Source: a virus. Taken from it: DNA of 64,000 bases. The position numbers and the translations under genes are program-made. A model generated the notes under the pieces. That model made no database searches and was not told the DNA's origin. It saw only the letters and a list, made by a program, of their open reading frames with translations. Of this stretch, positions 9,772-20,013 are shown in pieces. Within the stretch, counting starts at the first letter, position 1, and each line of letters begins with the position of its first letter. The DNA is taken from positions 14,368 through 78,367 of the IMG/VR virus record IMGVR_UViG_3300027763_000050. One strand, written 5' to 3'.

Positions 9772-10083
9772 ATGAAGCAAATTGAAAGCTCAAAGGAGCA
9801 GGAGAACGTAATGGAATCCCGTATGGACGAACAGTTCGCCTATGAACGACTTGTGAGGTCCTTGGACGGGGCGACCAGGGCTGAGCTAGTCGAGATGTGC
9901 AGACTTCTGGCTAAGCAGAGTCTGGTTCTGTACCCAGCAGCCATGCGTTATATGGCGAACGAGGCGGCGCGCAACCTATCGGGCGGAGGGCTTGGATGGA
10001 AGACGCGGGAAGCTGAACGGCTAGTAGAGCTATTGACGGACGGCCAGGGAGTGTCAACTAATACAACCTCCCCGGAAAGCTAG
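9772..10083 (+). CDS. possible NblA-like phycobilisome degradation adaptor
   Basis: MDEQFAYERLVRSLDGATRAELVEMCRLLAKQ resembles the NblA two-helix pattern (EQxF...R+EL.E....L.+Q); similarity is weak. Confidence 0.4.
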   Translation: MKQIESSKEQENVMESRMDEQFAYERLVRSLDGATRAELVEMCRLLAKQSLVLYPAAMRYMANEAARNLSGGGLGWKTREAERLVELLTDGQGVSTNTTSPES

Positions 10084-10247
10084 TGGAGGAGGGGAGGGGA
10101 ACAAGAATGCGAACATTTGTACCATGCACTCTGGCTTGCAACGATTATGCAGAACGCTGCATAAATGCGTCAACCCATATGAGGGGGTTCATGCAATTAC
10201 TGCATAGGTATCAAGGAATACATGCCCCCTCCGCCTTGGGCTAGGGA

Positions 10248-10943
10248 TCAGTCCCAGCCAGACGGCATCCCAGAGGTGGCGACCTCTTGATCAGCGCCGA
10301 GCTCGTCCCGCCTTGTAGGTGGCAGCCCCTCGAGCCTGGCCTCTGCGGGAGGGCCAGCAAAAGGATCGGCGTTTATGTATAGAGCGGGCAGCCAGATAGA
10401 GCCTTTTACTGCTGACCAGCGTTTTTCCTCGGCCTTGATTGGCGCCTTGAGCGTTGGCAGCATTGTGTAAGTGGTATCGAGCTTCTCGCCCTTGCGCTTC
10501 AAGGTGAGGTAGAAATTCGCCATTCCCGAATCGAGGGACTGGTAATCCTCCATTGCAAGAATTTCCTCGAACTGCTCGCGGATTCCTTTTTGGGAAATGG
10601 TAACAATTACAAATTCATCACCTTCACGGCGCAATGCGGTAAAGGCAAGGAAGTATTTGGGCTTGTCCTTCTCATCAGTACCGTTTGTCTTGGCCTCCCA
10701 GGTAAGGCCAATATCGTCAAGGTAATTTTGCGGGTACTGAGGGAAGCGACGCGGTTTCCCATCCATGTCGTAGTAACTCCAGCCGCAGATAACGTGGCCG
10801 GTGTCATGGGTACCGCAGGGGCGCAGGGTAGTGGATTCACCGTCCTGCAGGGATCTGGGCTCGAAGTAACGATTGCTGCCGGCCCCGTTGCCAGCCTTGT
10901 TGTCATCACCTGTGGCGACGTAGTTATCAGGAAGAAATCCCAT
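10248..10943 (-). CDS. phage-type single-stranded DNA-binding/annealing protein
   Basis: DGESTTLR...ITISQKGI...LTLKRKGEKLDTTYT pattern, acidic tail, replication context. Confidence 0.55.
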   Translation of the reverse strand: MGFLPDNYVATGDDNKAGNGAGSNRYFEPRSLQDGESTTLRPCGTHDTGHVICGWSYYDMDGKPRRFPQYPQNYLDDIGLTWEAKTNGTDEKDKPKYFLAFTALRREGDEFVIVTISQKGIREQFEEILAMEDYQSLDSGMANFYLTLKRKGEKLDTTYTMLPTLKAPIKAEEKRWSAVKGSIWLPALYINADPFAGPPAEARLEGLPPTRRDELGADQEVATSGMPSGWD

Positions 10944-10945
10944 GG

Positions 10946-11659
10946 TCAGCTCCAGTCAAAGGGCATGGTGTTGTCAAAAGTCTCGTGGTCGTAACCAGTT
11001 GCAGCGCTAGCAGAAGCAGGGTTATGTCCCCCGCTGCCGTTGCTGCCGCCACGTTTAAAGGTGCGAATTGTGCGGACCTTTAGCTCGTGGTACATCTTGT
11101 TGTCCCTGTTTGTGCGGACATCAAGGATTCCGTGGACTGCAACCAGCGATCCTTTGGGGGTCTCGATGAGCTTGTCCTTGGAGTAACCAAAAGCGCGAAT
11201 AGGCCACCAATCGGTAACCTCCTCTCGCTGAACGTACCTAGAAACGGCGAGGGTTGATCTCGCGGACTTGCCGGACTCAGAAGCAATAGGCTCGCGGGTT
11301 AGGCGACCAACGAGCACAACTTCATTGAGAAACTGCTCTGCTGTGGCGGGAACCAAGGACTGGCCGCGGACAATGGCCTGGTCGCCGCCTTCATCGAGAC
11401 CGATGGCACCGGAGGCAATGAATACCTGCCCGGTAGTGGAGCCAGCCAGAAGATCTCCCCCTGCTGAACCGGCCCGAATCTGCAGAATGACGGGGACGGG
11501 GGAATCGCCCGGAGTGGAGCAGATCGTTTCAAGCACTTCAAGCCCTTCTTTTGGGAGGGGCTGCTGGGCGGGCGGGGAACCCGTGATCAGGGTGATCGTT
11601 GCGAACGACATGCGACTGTCAAATGCATGCCAAGGTAGCCAGTTTGCAAGATCTGACAA
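10946..11659 (-). CDS. ssb: single-stranded DNA-binding protein with two OB folds
   Basis: NEVVLVGRLTREP...TLAVSR...TDWW...KGSLVAVHG SSB domain, preceded by a degenerate OB-like domain; acidic MPFDWS tail. Confidence 0.75.
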   Translation of the reverse strand: MSDLANWLPWHAFDSRMSFATITLITGSPPAQQPLPKEGLEVLETICSTPGDSPVPVILQIRAGSAGGDLLAGSTTGQVFIASGAIGLDEGGDQAIVRGQSLVPATAEQFLNEVVLVGRLTREPIASESGKSARSTLAVSRYVQREEVTDWWPIRAFGYSKDKLIETPKGSLVAVHGILDVRTNRDNKMYHELKVRTIRTFKRGGSNGSGGHNPASASAATGYDHETFDNTMPFDWS

Positions 11660-11710
11660 GGATCATCTGTAAGAGCCGGTGAGTATCACGCGAATTGACC
11701 AGAGATTCCC

Positions 11711-12316
11711 CTAGGCGCTTACGTATTCCCTTAGGTAGCGGGCAACTGGAGCGGGCTCGGCTGCATTCAATGGCATTAAAAACACAGTGGCATCCAGGGA
11801 ATCGGTCTGGATTCGCAAGGGCCCGCCGTCATAGGAGCTGAATGTGCAGTATTCACTCAAGGGCGCAAGGATGTTGAAGATGCGCAGAAGGTAGTCCGCG
11901 TCGTAGCGCCCCTCCGAAACCGGTAACTCGCTGTCCCATGCCTGCAGACACCTGGACAAGGCCTGGCGGATAGGGGGAAAATCCGCAGTGCTGCGCTGAA
12001 AAGTAGAAGTTTTTTTCTCGAAGTTGGTTTTGCGGAGGGTCAGCACAGTGGCGGTCGAATCTTCCAGGGTTAGGCGCCTCTCTGCTGTCTTAATTGGGCG
12101 AGCAATCTTAAGGAGCTGCGGATCTGGTATGACATTGACGGATTCGTCAGCGCTGCCAGTGGGGTCATGGGCAATGAGCGTCACCCTGCCCTGGTCAGAG
12201 GAAACGAAAAGCACTCCCCCAGTTGCATGGGGCTCTATATGTATGACGTGAAAAGGTAGATAGGTACCCAGGAAGGCGCTGGCTACTGAGAAATATGCAG
12301 CATTGCATTCAATCAT
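11711..12316 (-). CDS. DNA sliding clamp (Pol III beta)-like protein, truncated form
   Basis: FVSSDQGRV, DFPPIRQ, YDADYL and PLRI...VFLMP resemble beta-clamp motifs (ATDGxRL, xFP, FNxxYL, LMP). Confidence 0.5.
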   Translation of the reverse strand: MIECNAAYFSVASAFLGTYLPFHVIHIEPHATGGVLFVSSDQGRVTLIAHDPTGSADESVNVIPDPQLLKIARPIKTAERRLTLEDSTATVLTLRKTNFEKKTSTFQRSTADFPPIRQALSRCLQAWDSELPVSEGRYDADYLLRIFNILAPLSEYCTFSSYDGGPLRIQTDSLDATVFLMPLNAAEPAPVARYLREYVSA

Positions 12317-12491
12317 GACTAAGTAGTGAGGGGTTATCGGGGATTAGCCAGCGAAATCGCCAAGGTGAATTACGCAGTTCTAGGTTTTGATTGGCGTCCT
12401 GCAGCTCCTCAGGGGAGATGGTTGGCGTCCAGGACTGGTCAATAGGGTTGCCGGTGAATGTATCAACAAGAATCACTTTGCCGAGGGTCAC
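12309..12491 (-). CDS. small hypothetical protein
   Basis: ORF whose stop overlaps the next start. Confidence 0.45.
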   Translation of the reverse strand: MTLGKVILVDTFTGNPIDQSWTPTISPEELQDANQNLELRNSPWRFRWLIPDNPSLLSHD

Positions 12492-12591
12492 GCTTGGGTG
12501 CGCGGCCCTACAAGCTAGAAATTAAATCATTGGTAAAGAAGTTGAGGCCAACGGACGATCGCTAGACTGCATCGACACAAAGAGACAAACC

Positions 12592-12861
12592 GTGATAGGG
12601 GTTAAGGAGGTTGGACTTGCTGTAATTGGTGTACTGGGATGCAAGTTGGCCTGGGAATGGCGGCGTCTAAATAAGAAGCGAAAAAAACGTCATCTAAACC
12701 AAGAATTGGCAAAGCAGTACAGCAACGCCTATGTGGCGATGATGCAGCGGGCGTACAGAAAGCGGCAAGAATTTCTGCAGCAACCAGGGGTAAAAGATGT
12801 CAGGGCAGCGCTGGAGGGCCGAGACTTGATAATTGTGGTGACAAAGGTGGCTGAAAAATAA
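12592..12861 (+). CDS. membrane-anchored basic protein
   Basis: N-terminal hydrophobic helix followed by a K/R cluster; TAGACT upstream. Confidence 0.45.
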   Translation: MIGVKEVGLAVIGVLGCKLAWEWRRLNKKRKKRHLNQELAKQYSNAYVAMMQRAYRKRQEFLQQPGVKDVRAALEGRDLIIVVTKVAEK

Positions 12862-12893
12862 ATTACTAGAATATTTACACGAGCAATACGACC

Positions 12894-13232
12894 ATGGGAC
12901 TGGAGCAGAACGAAGACTTTACGTTACGTGGACGAGAAGCAACAAGTTATTACGTCGATGACGGTTTGACTGTAGTTTGGTACGAAGAAACCGAGACAGA
13001 GCCTGGAATTCTGGATATTCTGTGGGAAGCCGACGGGCCTTATGCGGACCTAGACGACGCCTCGCCTGAGGAATTTGAAGAGCGAGTCAGGGAAATTTTG
13101 GCCGAACTCTTTGGGGGGGAAGAAGGGGACTTGGACTTCGAGTTAATTGGGTACGAGGAAATTGGCGAAGAAGAGGAAGAAGAGATAGATGAAGAGGACG
13201 ATGGCTTTAACGGCTGCAAATTGCCGGGTTGA
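12894..13232 (+). CDS. highly acidic hypothetical protein
   Basis: Very D/E-rich ORF; TAGAAT at 12867-12872. Confidence 0.6.
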   Translation: MGLEQNEDFTLRGREATSYYVDDGLTVVWYEETETEPGILDILWEADGPYADLDDASPEEFEERVREILAELFGGEEGDLDFELIGYEEIGEEEEEEIDEEDDGFNGCKLPG

Positions 13233-13449
13233 TAGGGCGAAATATTAAGCGAGATCGCTTCGGACCAACAGGGTTGAGCCTGACAGGTAAATTCCGCCTG
13301 GATGGCAGGGGTCTCACTTGTGCTGGATAGAAATTGTTGCAGTGCCTTAGACGGTGAGGCAAAAGGGGATTCGATGCAGACAAAGGCGCGGACATCGATC
13401 AGGTGGTAATACATGCAGCGTGAAGTGGGTTTATAGGGGGAGTAAGTCG

Positions 13450-13800
13450 TTAAGCGTCGGCGGGTGGGGTTGGAGACAGATACTGTAAGAGAGCTACTGC
13501 CAAATCAATCGCGTATGTTTTCTCGGTAATTACTGCATGCCCGGATTTCAGCAGGGCGAGAAGAATGATGTCCTCAAGGTCCCTGTAGCCCCAGGAATTG
13601 ACCTTAACGAGACGGATAGAGGATTCATCTGCTGCAGGGTCCAAAGTGCCTTCTTGTTCGGCGTGGGCTTCTAGGACTGATTCGGCGTAGTCCTCGTTGT
13701 GGGTTTCAAGCGCAGCCCCAAGCCGTACCAAATTCCAGTGAGCTTCTTTACTGATCTCTAAGTGATAAGAGAACTTGCCATTGAATAAGGAGGAAGTCAT
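13450..13800 (-). CDS. hypothetical protein
   Basis: 116-aa ORF with a 14-bp direct repeat directly upstream of the ATG. Confidence 0.55.
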   Translation of the reverse strand: MTSSLFNGKFSYHLEISKEAHWNLVRLGAALETHNEDYAESVLEAHAEQEGTLDPAADESSIRLVKVNSWGYRDLEDIILLALLKSGHAVITEKTYAIDLAVALLQYLSPTPPADA

Positions 13801-14162
13801 TGCAGGAAAAGCGGGCGACTAGATGCAGGAAAAGCGGAGCAATAAGGGGTTGATTAATGAGAAATAGAATTGTCTGTCACCCAATGTCACTATCTTCCAG
13901 GGCTGCTAGCGCCTGATACTGCGGGCTCGGTGGCTTAGGGCGCCTGCAAGAGTGCAGATACTTAGCAATAGTTGCACTCTGATTGATTGTCAATAAATGG
14001 CACTGGGAAATTTGAGCACAGCACGCCTGCAGTTCACAGTCACTCCCCCAGCCGGCGACAAGGGTAAATACATCTTGGTCCGAACGCGAACCAAGCATGT
14101 CTACCCACTCCTGCACTAGCTCAGGCGGTGGGGTGATTGGGTAATCAGTCATGTGATTAGTG

Positions 14163-14405
14163 TTAATCATGGGCAGGGACAGCTTGGATAAGGGTTTTGA
14201 TTTGATTAAGTGAAAGAAGGTCACGGTCTAGGCGCTCAATGTCAGAGCGAATTTCCTCAGTGACTTCAAGATGCCACTGCTGGTCTTGCTGGGAAGGGAA
14301 CTTGCTGGAACGAGATGCGTAGTACGCCATCTCTTCTTCCAGTTGCTTGGTGCAGCTCTTGAGCCCAAGAGTGCATTCGTTTATGTAGAAATCAAGAGTC
14401 GCCAT
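14163..14405 (-). CDS. small coiled-coil protein
   Basis: Start MATLDFY; helical hairpin-like pattern. Confidence 0.45.
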   Translation of the reverse strand: MATLDFYINECTLGLKSCTKQLEEEMAYYASRSSKFPSQQDQQWHLEVTEEIRSDIERLDRDLLSLNQIKTLIQAVPAHD

Positions 14406-14579
14406 CAGATTGGATTGTCCAGGCCTGGGCTTAGCTGAGGAGACCGGGGAACATGCAGACGCCGGGGTTTCAGCGGGGGTTGAAACGACACTGCAAGATG
14501 AAAACGAGCTCACGAGGACGAGGCAGGACGGGCAAAGCTTACCCTGTCTTGCAGCGTGTGTCACCCCAGCGAGCAGGAA

Positions 14580-15107
14580 TCAGCCCAGGTATTTGAGAAC
14601 GTTTCTCAAGGTGTTTGGATCGCCAAGGTTGCGGATTGGAATGCCGTAACTTTGGGCCATGCGCAAGGCTTGACCTGTGCCACCAACGATGCCGCCGCTT
14701 GGTGTGTAGGCGACGACAAGGCTTGCCGGTTCATCCATTTGAGGACCAAGAACTTGCATGGCATTGCGGGCCATGAGTGCTCGGGCGTATTCCGATAAGC
14801 GTCCTGGCGCAGGGTGATACTGATTAACCGTGGCCAGCGCCTGCTGCCAGCTAGGTAGAGAGCTAGCGTCAACGTAGTCTTGCGAATTAGCCCGCCTACC
14901 GTTGAAGTACGCAGCAGGTAGGTAAATCTGTTTGGCCCTGGGGTTCGCCACTCCTGTCTCAAAGGCAGAGTCAGCGCCCCTCGCCCCTCCAGAGCGAAGC
15001 ATCCAGCCGTCCGACTCAAGACGACCGGCAAGGACTCGCATTACATCAAGAATTTCGCCGGGCGTGTCACGAGAGCCAATACCCGCGTAAGTTTTTGGGG
15101 TTGCCAT
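14580..15107 (-). CDS. SLOG/DprA-Smf-like Rossmann-fold protein
   Basis: YAGIGSRDTP, LRSGGARGADSAFE, ARNAMQVLG, GGTGQA and GIPIRNL motifs. Confidence 0.8.
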   Translation of the reverse strand: MATPKTYAGIGSRDTPGEILDVMRVLAGRLESDGWMLRSGGARGADSAFETGVANPRAKQIYLPAAYFNGRRANSQDYVDASSLPSWQQALATVNQYHPAPGRLSEYARALMARNAMQVLGPQMDEPASLVVAYTPSGGIVGGTGQALRMAQSYGIPIRNLGDPNTLRNVLKYLG

Positions 15108-15750
15108 TTTGCTAACATAATTAATATTAAGTAATGCCAGTCTAAGAACAAAAGCGCCTGGCACCAAGGGTTTTAATCGCCTGCATGGGAAGACAGCAGC
15201 AGTTCTTGCATGGGGCGATCTGTGGCCCGTTTCTCAGCCAATGTCGGTAACTGTTACTTCGCAGGTGGGGAATAAAACGCCGACAATGCTACCTATGGCG
15301 TTGTATTCGTTTGCGTAGTTAACCTCACTCATTCTTCCTCCTCCTCAATGTCCATCAGTAAGTCGGCGTCACGGAGGGAGGAGGCCAGCTTGAGGGAAAA
15401 TTCCTGCCATAAGCCTGTGTAGTGACCAGAGGTGCGACCGGAAAATTTGTAGAGGGAATCCATGATCAATGAGCGCAGGTTCTGCAGCTCATGTTCCTTG
15501 AGCTCGGGGGTGAGGTCTTGATTCTCTGACATGTTGAAAAGCTTGGGTGTAGTTGTAAACGTAACGTTGATGGCTGTGCTTGTTGCCATTGGTAAAGACA
15601 TAGCAGCCCTGGGCGATTGCTTCTTCTTTGGTTAAGAAGTGGGTGCCAGGTTGCAAGCGCTTTTGATGGCGAAGGGTGGCAAGCTGCCTGTAAGAAAGTT
15701 GAAGCCTTAACGAATAGGGGATGTCATTGTCACTGGCAACCCAAAGAGGC

Positions 15751-15954
15751 TCAGCCATTGGTGCCCTGCTGTGCTAAAGCGGAGTCACTCCGGATAAGGG
15801 GATCGTGCAGGGGGCAGCCACCGGCAATGAAGAACAACCCTTCCCGGTGGTAAGCGCCACGCCCATGGTGGTTATCCAAGACAGGGCACTTGCAGCCACG
15901 GGCAAGGGCCTCATCGCTGCCTGGGTTAGGGGGCATCTCACGTGCGTTAATCAT
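15751..15954 (-). CDS. small Cys/His-containing phage protein
   Basis: PNPGSDEA...GCKCPVLDN...CPLH motif. Confidence 0.55.
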   Translation of the reverse strand: MINAREMPPNPGSDEALARGCKCPVLDNHHGRGAYHREGLFFIAGGCPLHDPLIRSDSALAQQGTNG

Positions 15955-16360
15955 TAGATGACTCGTAGGCGGAGCAATCGGAGGCGAAGAAACCACCGGC
16001 CTCAGGGAATTCAAGGGAGCATTTGTGGCGGCTCATATCCATGTGGGCGCAGTTATCACAGCTCAGCCGGAGTGATGGGGTTGGCTGCTCAGGGACTGGG
16101 ACCTCAAGGGCAATGCCGTGGCGATTGCGGATTAAGTCCAGGTTGTTCAGGCAAGTCAGCAGCTGGTTGTAAGCAAGCTGGTCACGTTTGAGGCGATTGA
16201 AATAGGCTTCGGGCAATTCATAGACGGTGGAACGGGTATTGCAGCCGTCACACCTCATGCGCCGCCGCCTGTGGGTAGAGGTGGTGCGGCTTTCAATGAC
16301 ACGATTGGAAAAATTGCGGCACTCATTACAGCGACTGAGGGGCGCTACGGCGTAGGCCAT
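15947..16360 (-). CDS. NrdR-like zinc-ribbon protein lacking the ATP cone
   Basis: CxxC...RVIESR...RRRRMRCxxCxxRSTVYE, plus a second C-terminal Cys cluster. Confidence 0.65.
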   Translation of the reverse strand: MAYAVAPLSRCNECRNFSNRVIESRTTSTHRRRRMRCDGCNTRSTVYELPEAYFNRLKRDQLAYNQLLTCLNNLDLIRNRHGIALEVPVPEQPTPSLRLSCDNCAHMDMSRHKCSLEFPEAGGFFASDCSAYESSND

Positions 16361-16814
16361 TAATAGGAGGAAGGATTGACGATTGAGTTGTGGTGTGGTT
16401 CAAGTATTGCCAGCCACTCAGAGGGAGTGTGCGACCGTTCCGCCTTGCTGTTCAGGTACGGCGCGACGGAAAAGTGGCCGAACTTGACGCCATTGCACTC
16501 AAGGCGCAGGGCGTGGTAGCTGGCAATGAGTTGTTTGGCCGTGAGCTCAATAGAGTTCACGATTCAAGGACCTTGTAATTAAGGCGAAACCCAAGCCGGG
16601 AATTAGACAGGGATCTCACTGCATCACGCAGGAGGTGCTGCTCGCTGGCCTGGAAGGTCAAGACGGTGCGCTCACTACCGGTGCCGACAATGAGCTGCAC
16701 GAGAGGGACTTTGGCTGAGAGGGGCATGGTGCGCTAGGGGATTGGAAATGGGTTGTGCACGCCACAGCTATCAAAGCACACACTGGGTAATGCGTCTAGG
16801 TAGGTACTGGGTTT

Positions 16815-17594
16815 TTAGAAGGTCAACGATTGCCCAGCCGCAATGACATCAGGGTTGTTTAGTCGGTTCTTTGTGACCAGTTGTTCGACGGTGGTACCAG
16901 TGGCGCGGGCTATGTCGGTAAGGGTATCGCCGCTTCGGACCGTTACTTTGCGCGGCTGGACTGGCGCTGCTGCAACTGGAGCGGGGCTAGGGGAAGCTGC
17001 CGGGAACGTATTGAACTGACCGCCAATTCCAAATCCCTGCCTGCCTGCCCCTGTAGTTCCAGCCAAAATATCAGGAGAATCTGCGATTGCCCCGACCAAA
17101 TCGCCGCGAGAAATGGCCTTTTTCGCGGTGTCCAAGGCCGCCATTACGTCGCCGCCGCTGGCAGCATTGAAGTCGTAGCGCTCTTTAGGGGCTATCTCAT
17201 AGCCAGTGGGCGTTGACTTGGCCCACATTCGCCCGGTCACAAGGCGACCAAGAGAGTCAAAGGGGTTTTTAGATTGCGAATAATCCCCGTAGTTGATGGC
17301 CGTAAACCCATCCTTGCGAGGTGCCTTGGGATTAGATTCAGCGCGGTTAATAGCATCGCCCAGGGCTTGACGAGTTGCGGGAAGAAAAGATGAAGGGCTG
17401 ACCTGCTCTTGCCTGCCGGTTACAGCCCTATAGGCATTATTGGCAGCATCTAAAGCAATGCTTCCCTTGGAGACCAAGGGATTGGTCGGGGCGATCTTGC
17501 CAAATATCTGCCCTGCGAATCTAAGATTACGAAGAGCTGACTCAGCTCCGGTTGCCTTCCCTGCTGCGTTTAAGAGCGACTCTAGTAAGTTCAT
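16815..17594 (-). CDS. LysM-domain protein
   Basis: C-terminal VTVRSGDTLTDIA...TTVEQLVTKNRLNNPDVIAAGQSL after a Pro/Ala linker. Confidence 0.85.
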   Translation of the reverse strand: MNLLESLLNAAGKATGAESALRNLRFAGQIFGKIAPTNPLVSKGSIALDAANNAYRAVTGRQEQVSPSSFLPATRQALGDAINRAESNPKAPRKDGFTAINYGDYSQSKNPFDSLGRLVTGRMWAKSTPTGYEIAPKERYDFNAASGGDVMAALDTAKKAISRGDLVGAIADSPDILAGTTGAGRQGFGIGGQFNTFPAASPSPAPVAAAPVQPRKVTVRSGDTLTDIARATGTTVEQLVTKNRLNNPDVIAAGQSLTF

Positions 17595-17889
17595 TGCTAC
17601 GAGAAAGAAGAAGGAAGCCGAGTGCCGTCACGCCAGCCTGGAGCGAAAGAACTCCCAGGAAAGCGAGCACGACGGAGTTGAAACGATGAATATCCGCCCG
17701 CTCCTTATAGTAACTATTCCGTGACTGCTGGTATTCGGTATCCGCCTTAAGTGCAAGGGGATATTCCCCAGCGCCAAAGCCAGGGAGACCGAAATACCAG
17801 CCAACACTGATAAAGCCAGTAAAGCCGGAAAGAAAAACAGAAAACACAAGACAGCGTTTCATTGGCTTAAGGGAGAAAGGTGTAGTCAA
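17542..17889 (-). CDS. two-TM membrane protein
   Basis: Two hydrophobic segments. Confidence 0.45.
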   Translation of the reverse strand: MTTPFSLKPMKRCLVFSVFLSGFTGFISVGWYFGLPGFGAGEYPLALKADTEYQQSRNSYYKERADIHRFNSVVLAFLGVLSLQAGVTALGFLLLSRSNELTRVALKRSREGNRS

Positions 17890-18700
17890 TGGAGGTTAAT
17901 TTTTGAGTAATTTAGCAATTGCTTGGCAGACTGTCAATTCCTACTTGGGTTCAAGGTCGCAGCCATCGCCAATGGGCGAATAATGCTCAGTAAGGGCCAG
18001 GAGTTCCCAGTAAATCCAGTCTGCATCGTGGGGGGTGAGGCGCAGGCTGACAGACAATTTGCGTTCGGACATGAAAGGAAGAAAAAGAAAGGACAAAGAA
18101 ATGCCGTTTCAGCAATTGATGAAACGACCAAGGAAAATGAAGGGCTTAGAAACCAGGGAGAGCCGGGCAGATGGCGCCAATGTGGCATTCAACGCCTGGA
18201 ATATCGGAGACCATCTCTTTGGCGTACTCCCTGGCGTCGCGATCGGATGTGGCTTGTATCAGGACGACTTGCCTAGAGACAATCTCAACGGCAAATGTCT
18301 TAGAGGGAAAGAGCACGACTGGTTGCAACAACGGGCTGAGGATCGGGGTTAGGTCCTCGCCCCGCCAAGGCGCTGACAAAGGAGCACAAGGCAAGAGAGA
18401 GAAGGCAGAATATGAGGGGCAAGAAGTTCATTGGAGAAAGCAAGAAGTAAGAAAAGCTAAAGCGGAATCATTCCGGCTTAGGTGATAGCAGTGGCTGGAC
18501 TGTGGAATTGGCCAAGGCAGTGGCGATGGTTTCAAGCCCCCTGCTGTCGTTCGTAGAAACGATGGCGTGAATGTAAAGACGAGTTTCGGGCGGCAAAAGG
18601 CTGAAGTCTTGGCGCAACATTTCACTGAGAGTTAAACCAATCGGCTGTAATGTCATGAGCAAAGGAAAGTAATTGGAGTTAACGGTGAAAGTGGTTGAAG

Positions 18701-19108
18701 TCAATCGTTGTCTGCAAGCTTTGTTGCAGCGAGCTGGCCCATGACGTATCGGTGAGCCGTGTAAGCGCTTATGGTTACTACTGCGCAATAGTCGTAACGA
18801 TCGGCGACGGTATCCGATGCGCGGAAAAAGCAAACGGTCCAGCCGCCGGTACTAATATCCATCGGTCCTAGATTTCTGTATAGCTCCGTCTCCGAAAGAC
18901 TACGGATATAAGAAGCCAATGAATCGGCGTCCTTAAAGCCAAGCGGGTTAATTACCTGCAGAGTTTTGGCTACATAGATCAGGTCAGCTTGATCCCATTT
19001 GACACGGGGCCAGGGACCTTTGTCCGCTGCGGCGCGGGCATTAACTTCTGCTTGAGTGGCGGTCATTTGATTGATGAGTAAGAGTGCTGAAGGTATGGGG
19101 GAAGTCAA
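18701..19108 (-). CDS. hypothetical protein
   Basis: ORF in the tiled leftward operon. Confidence 0.5.
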   Translation of the reverse strand: MTSPIPSALLLINQMTATQAEVNARAAADKGPWPRVKWDQADLIYVAKTLQVINPLGFKDADSLASYIRSLSETELYRNLGPMDISTGGWTVCFFRASDTVADRYDYCAVVTISAYTAHRYVMGQLAATKLADND

Positions 19109-19353
19109 GGGAAGACAATCGCATCGGTTGCGCTGAGTTCATCTAAGGCAACTGTGTCGGCAATAATGTCGTGGATGCTGCCGCCCTGGTAATCACTGCT
19201 TTGATCCTCGCAAACCTCCAGCCCGGCAATCTCGATGTCAGAAATAGCTTGCTCAACGGAAAGCGAACTTGGCATGCGGACCCAGCAGTAACGACCGCTG
19301 GCGTCATTGCAAAGAAAGACATGAAAGGAAGCCATGGATTTAGCGGCTGACAT
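19105..19353 (-). CDS. small hypothetical protein
   Basis: Start MSAAKS overlaps the upstream gene end. Confidence 0.45.
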   Translation of the reverse strand: MSAAKSMASFHVFLCNDASGRYCWVRMPSSLSVEQAISDIEIAGLEVCEDQSSDYQGGSIHDIIADTVALDELSATDAIVFP

Positions 19354-19954
19354 AGTTGCTGGAAGAAAGGTTGGAATGGGCGTAGGTAAATAACCGATCA
19401 CGTAAGGCTTTGTTTTGGACGTGTGGTAGAACATTGACCCACTGTTCGCGGAACATGCTTCCACAATGGCGGCATCGAACAAGAGGTCTCAGTTCTTGCT
19501 GACCATCGGGCAATTCATGGTTTTTGATAAAGCAGAGTTCCCAATTGTGGTAGGCCTTGCCGTTCCAAAAAGCCTTAATATCGGCTCCAACGTCGGGAAG
19601 TTTGACGCCGTGATAGCAATTGACATTTAACAAAAGACCACTGCTTTCGTGGTGGAGTTGGATGGTGCCGGGCTCAACTTCATCGTCAGGTTCGTAGGAC
19701 TTCCAGCGATCGTCTTCTTCTTCCCAGGGCAGGAGAGTGACCCTTTTGTCATGGGATTCGTAGGCGCCGGGGAGAATGTCGTCTTCTTCTGGCAGGGGCA
19801 GGCGCCAGTAAAGATTGCCTTCGGTTGCGGGGTTAAGGCTGCCGGGCAGGGGTGTTACTTTGTGGCGGTCATCCCAACGTAGGTAGTACATCGATTCGCA
19901 GGTGCCGATCTTGATTTCGACACCGTCAGATTTGCGTTTTGCGTATTCGCCCAT
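19340..19954 (-). CDS. hypothetical protein with C-terminal CxxC
   Basis: MGEYAKRKSDG...IKIGTCESMYYLR N-terminus; CRHCG near the C-terminus. Confidence 0.65.
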   Translation of the reverse strand: MGEYAKRKSDGVEIKIGTCESMYYLRWDDRHKVTPLPGSLNPATEGNLYWRLPLPEEDDILPGAYESHDKRVTLLPWEEEDDRWKSYEPDDEVEPGTIQLHHESSGLLLNVNCYHGVKLPDVGADIKAFWNGKAYHNWELCFIKNHELPDGQQELRPLVRCRHCGSMFREQWVNVLPHVQNKALRDRLFTYAHSNLSSSNYVSR

Positions 19955-20013
19955 GGTGGTAGTCTGGTGAAGGGAGAGTAAGGGAATAGAAGATTAAGGA
20001 AAGTATTTCGGGA

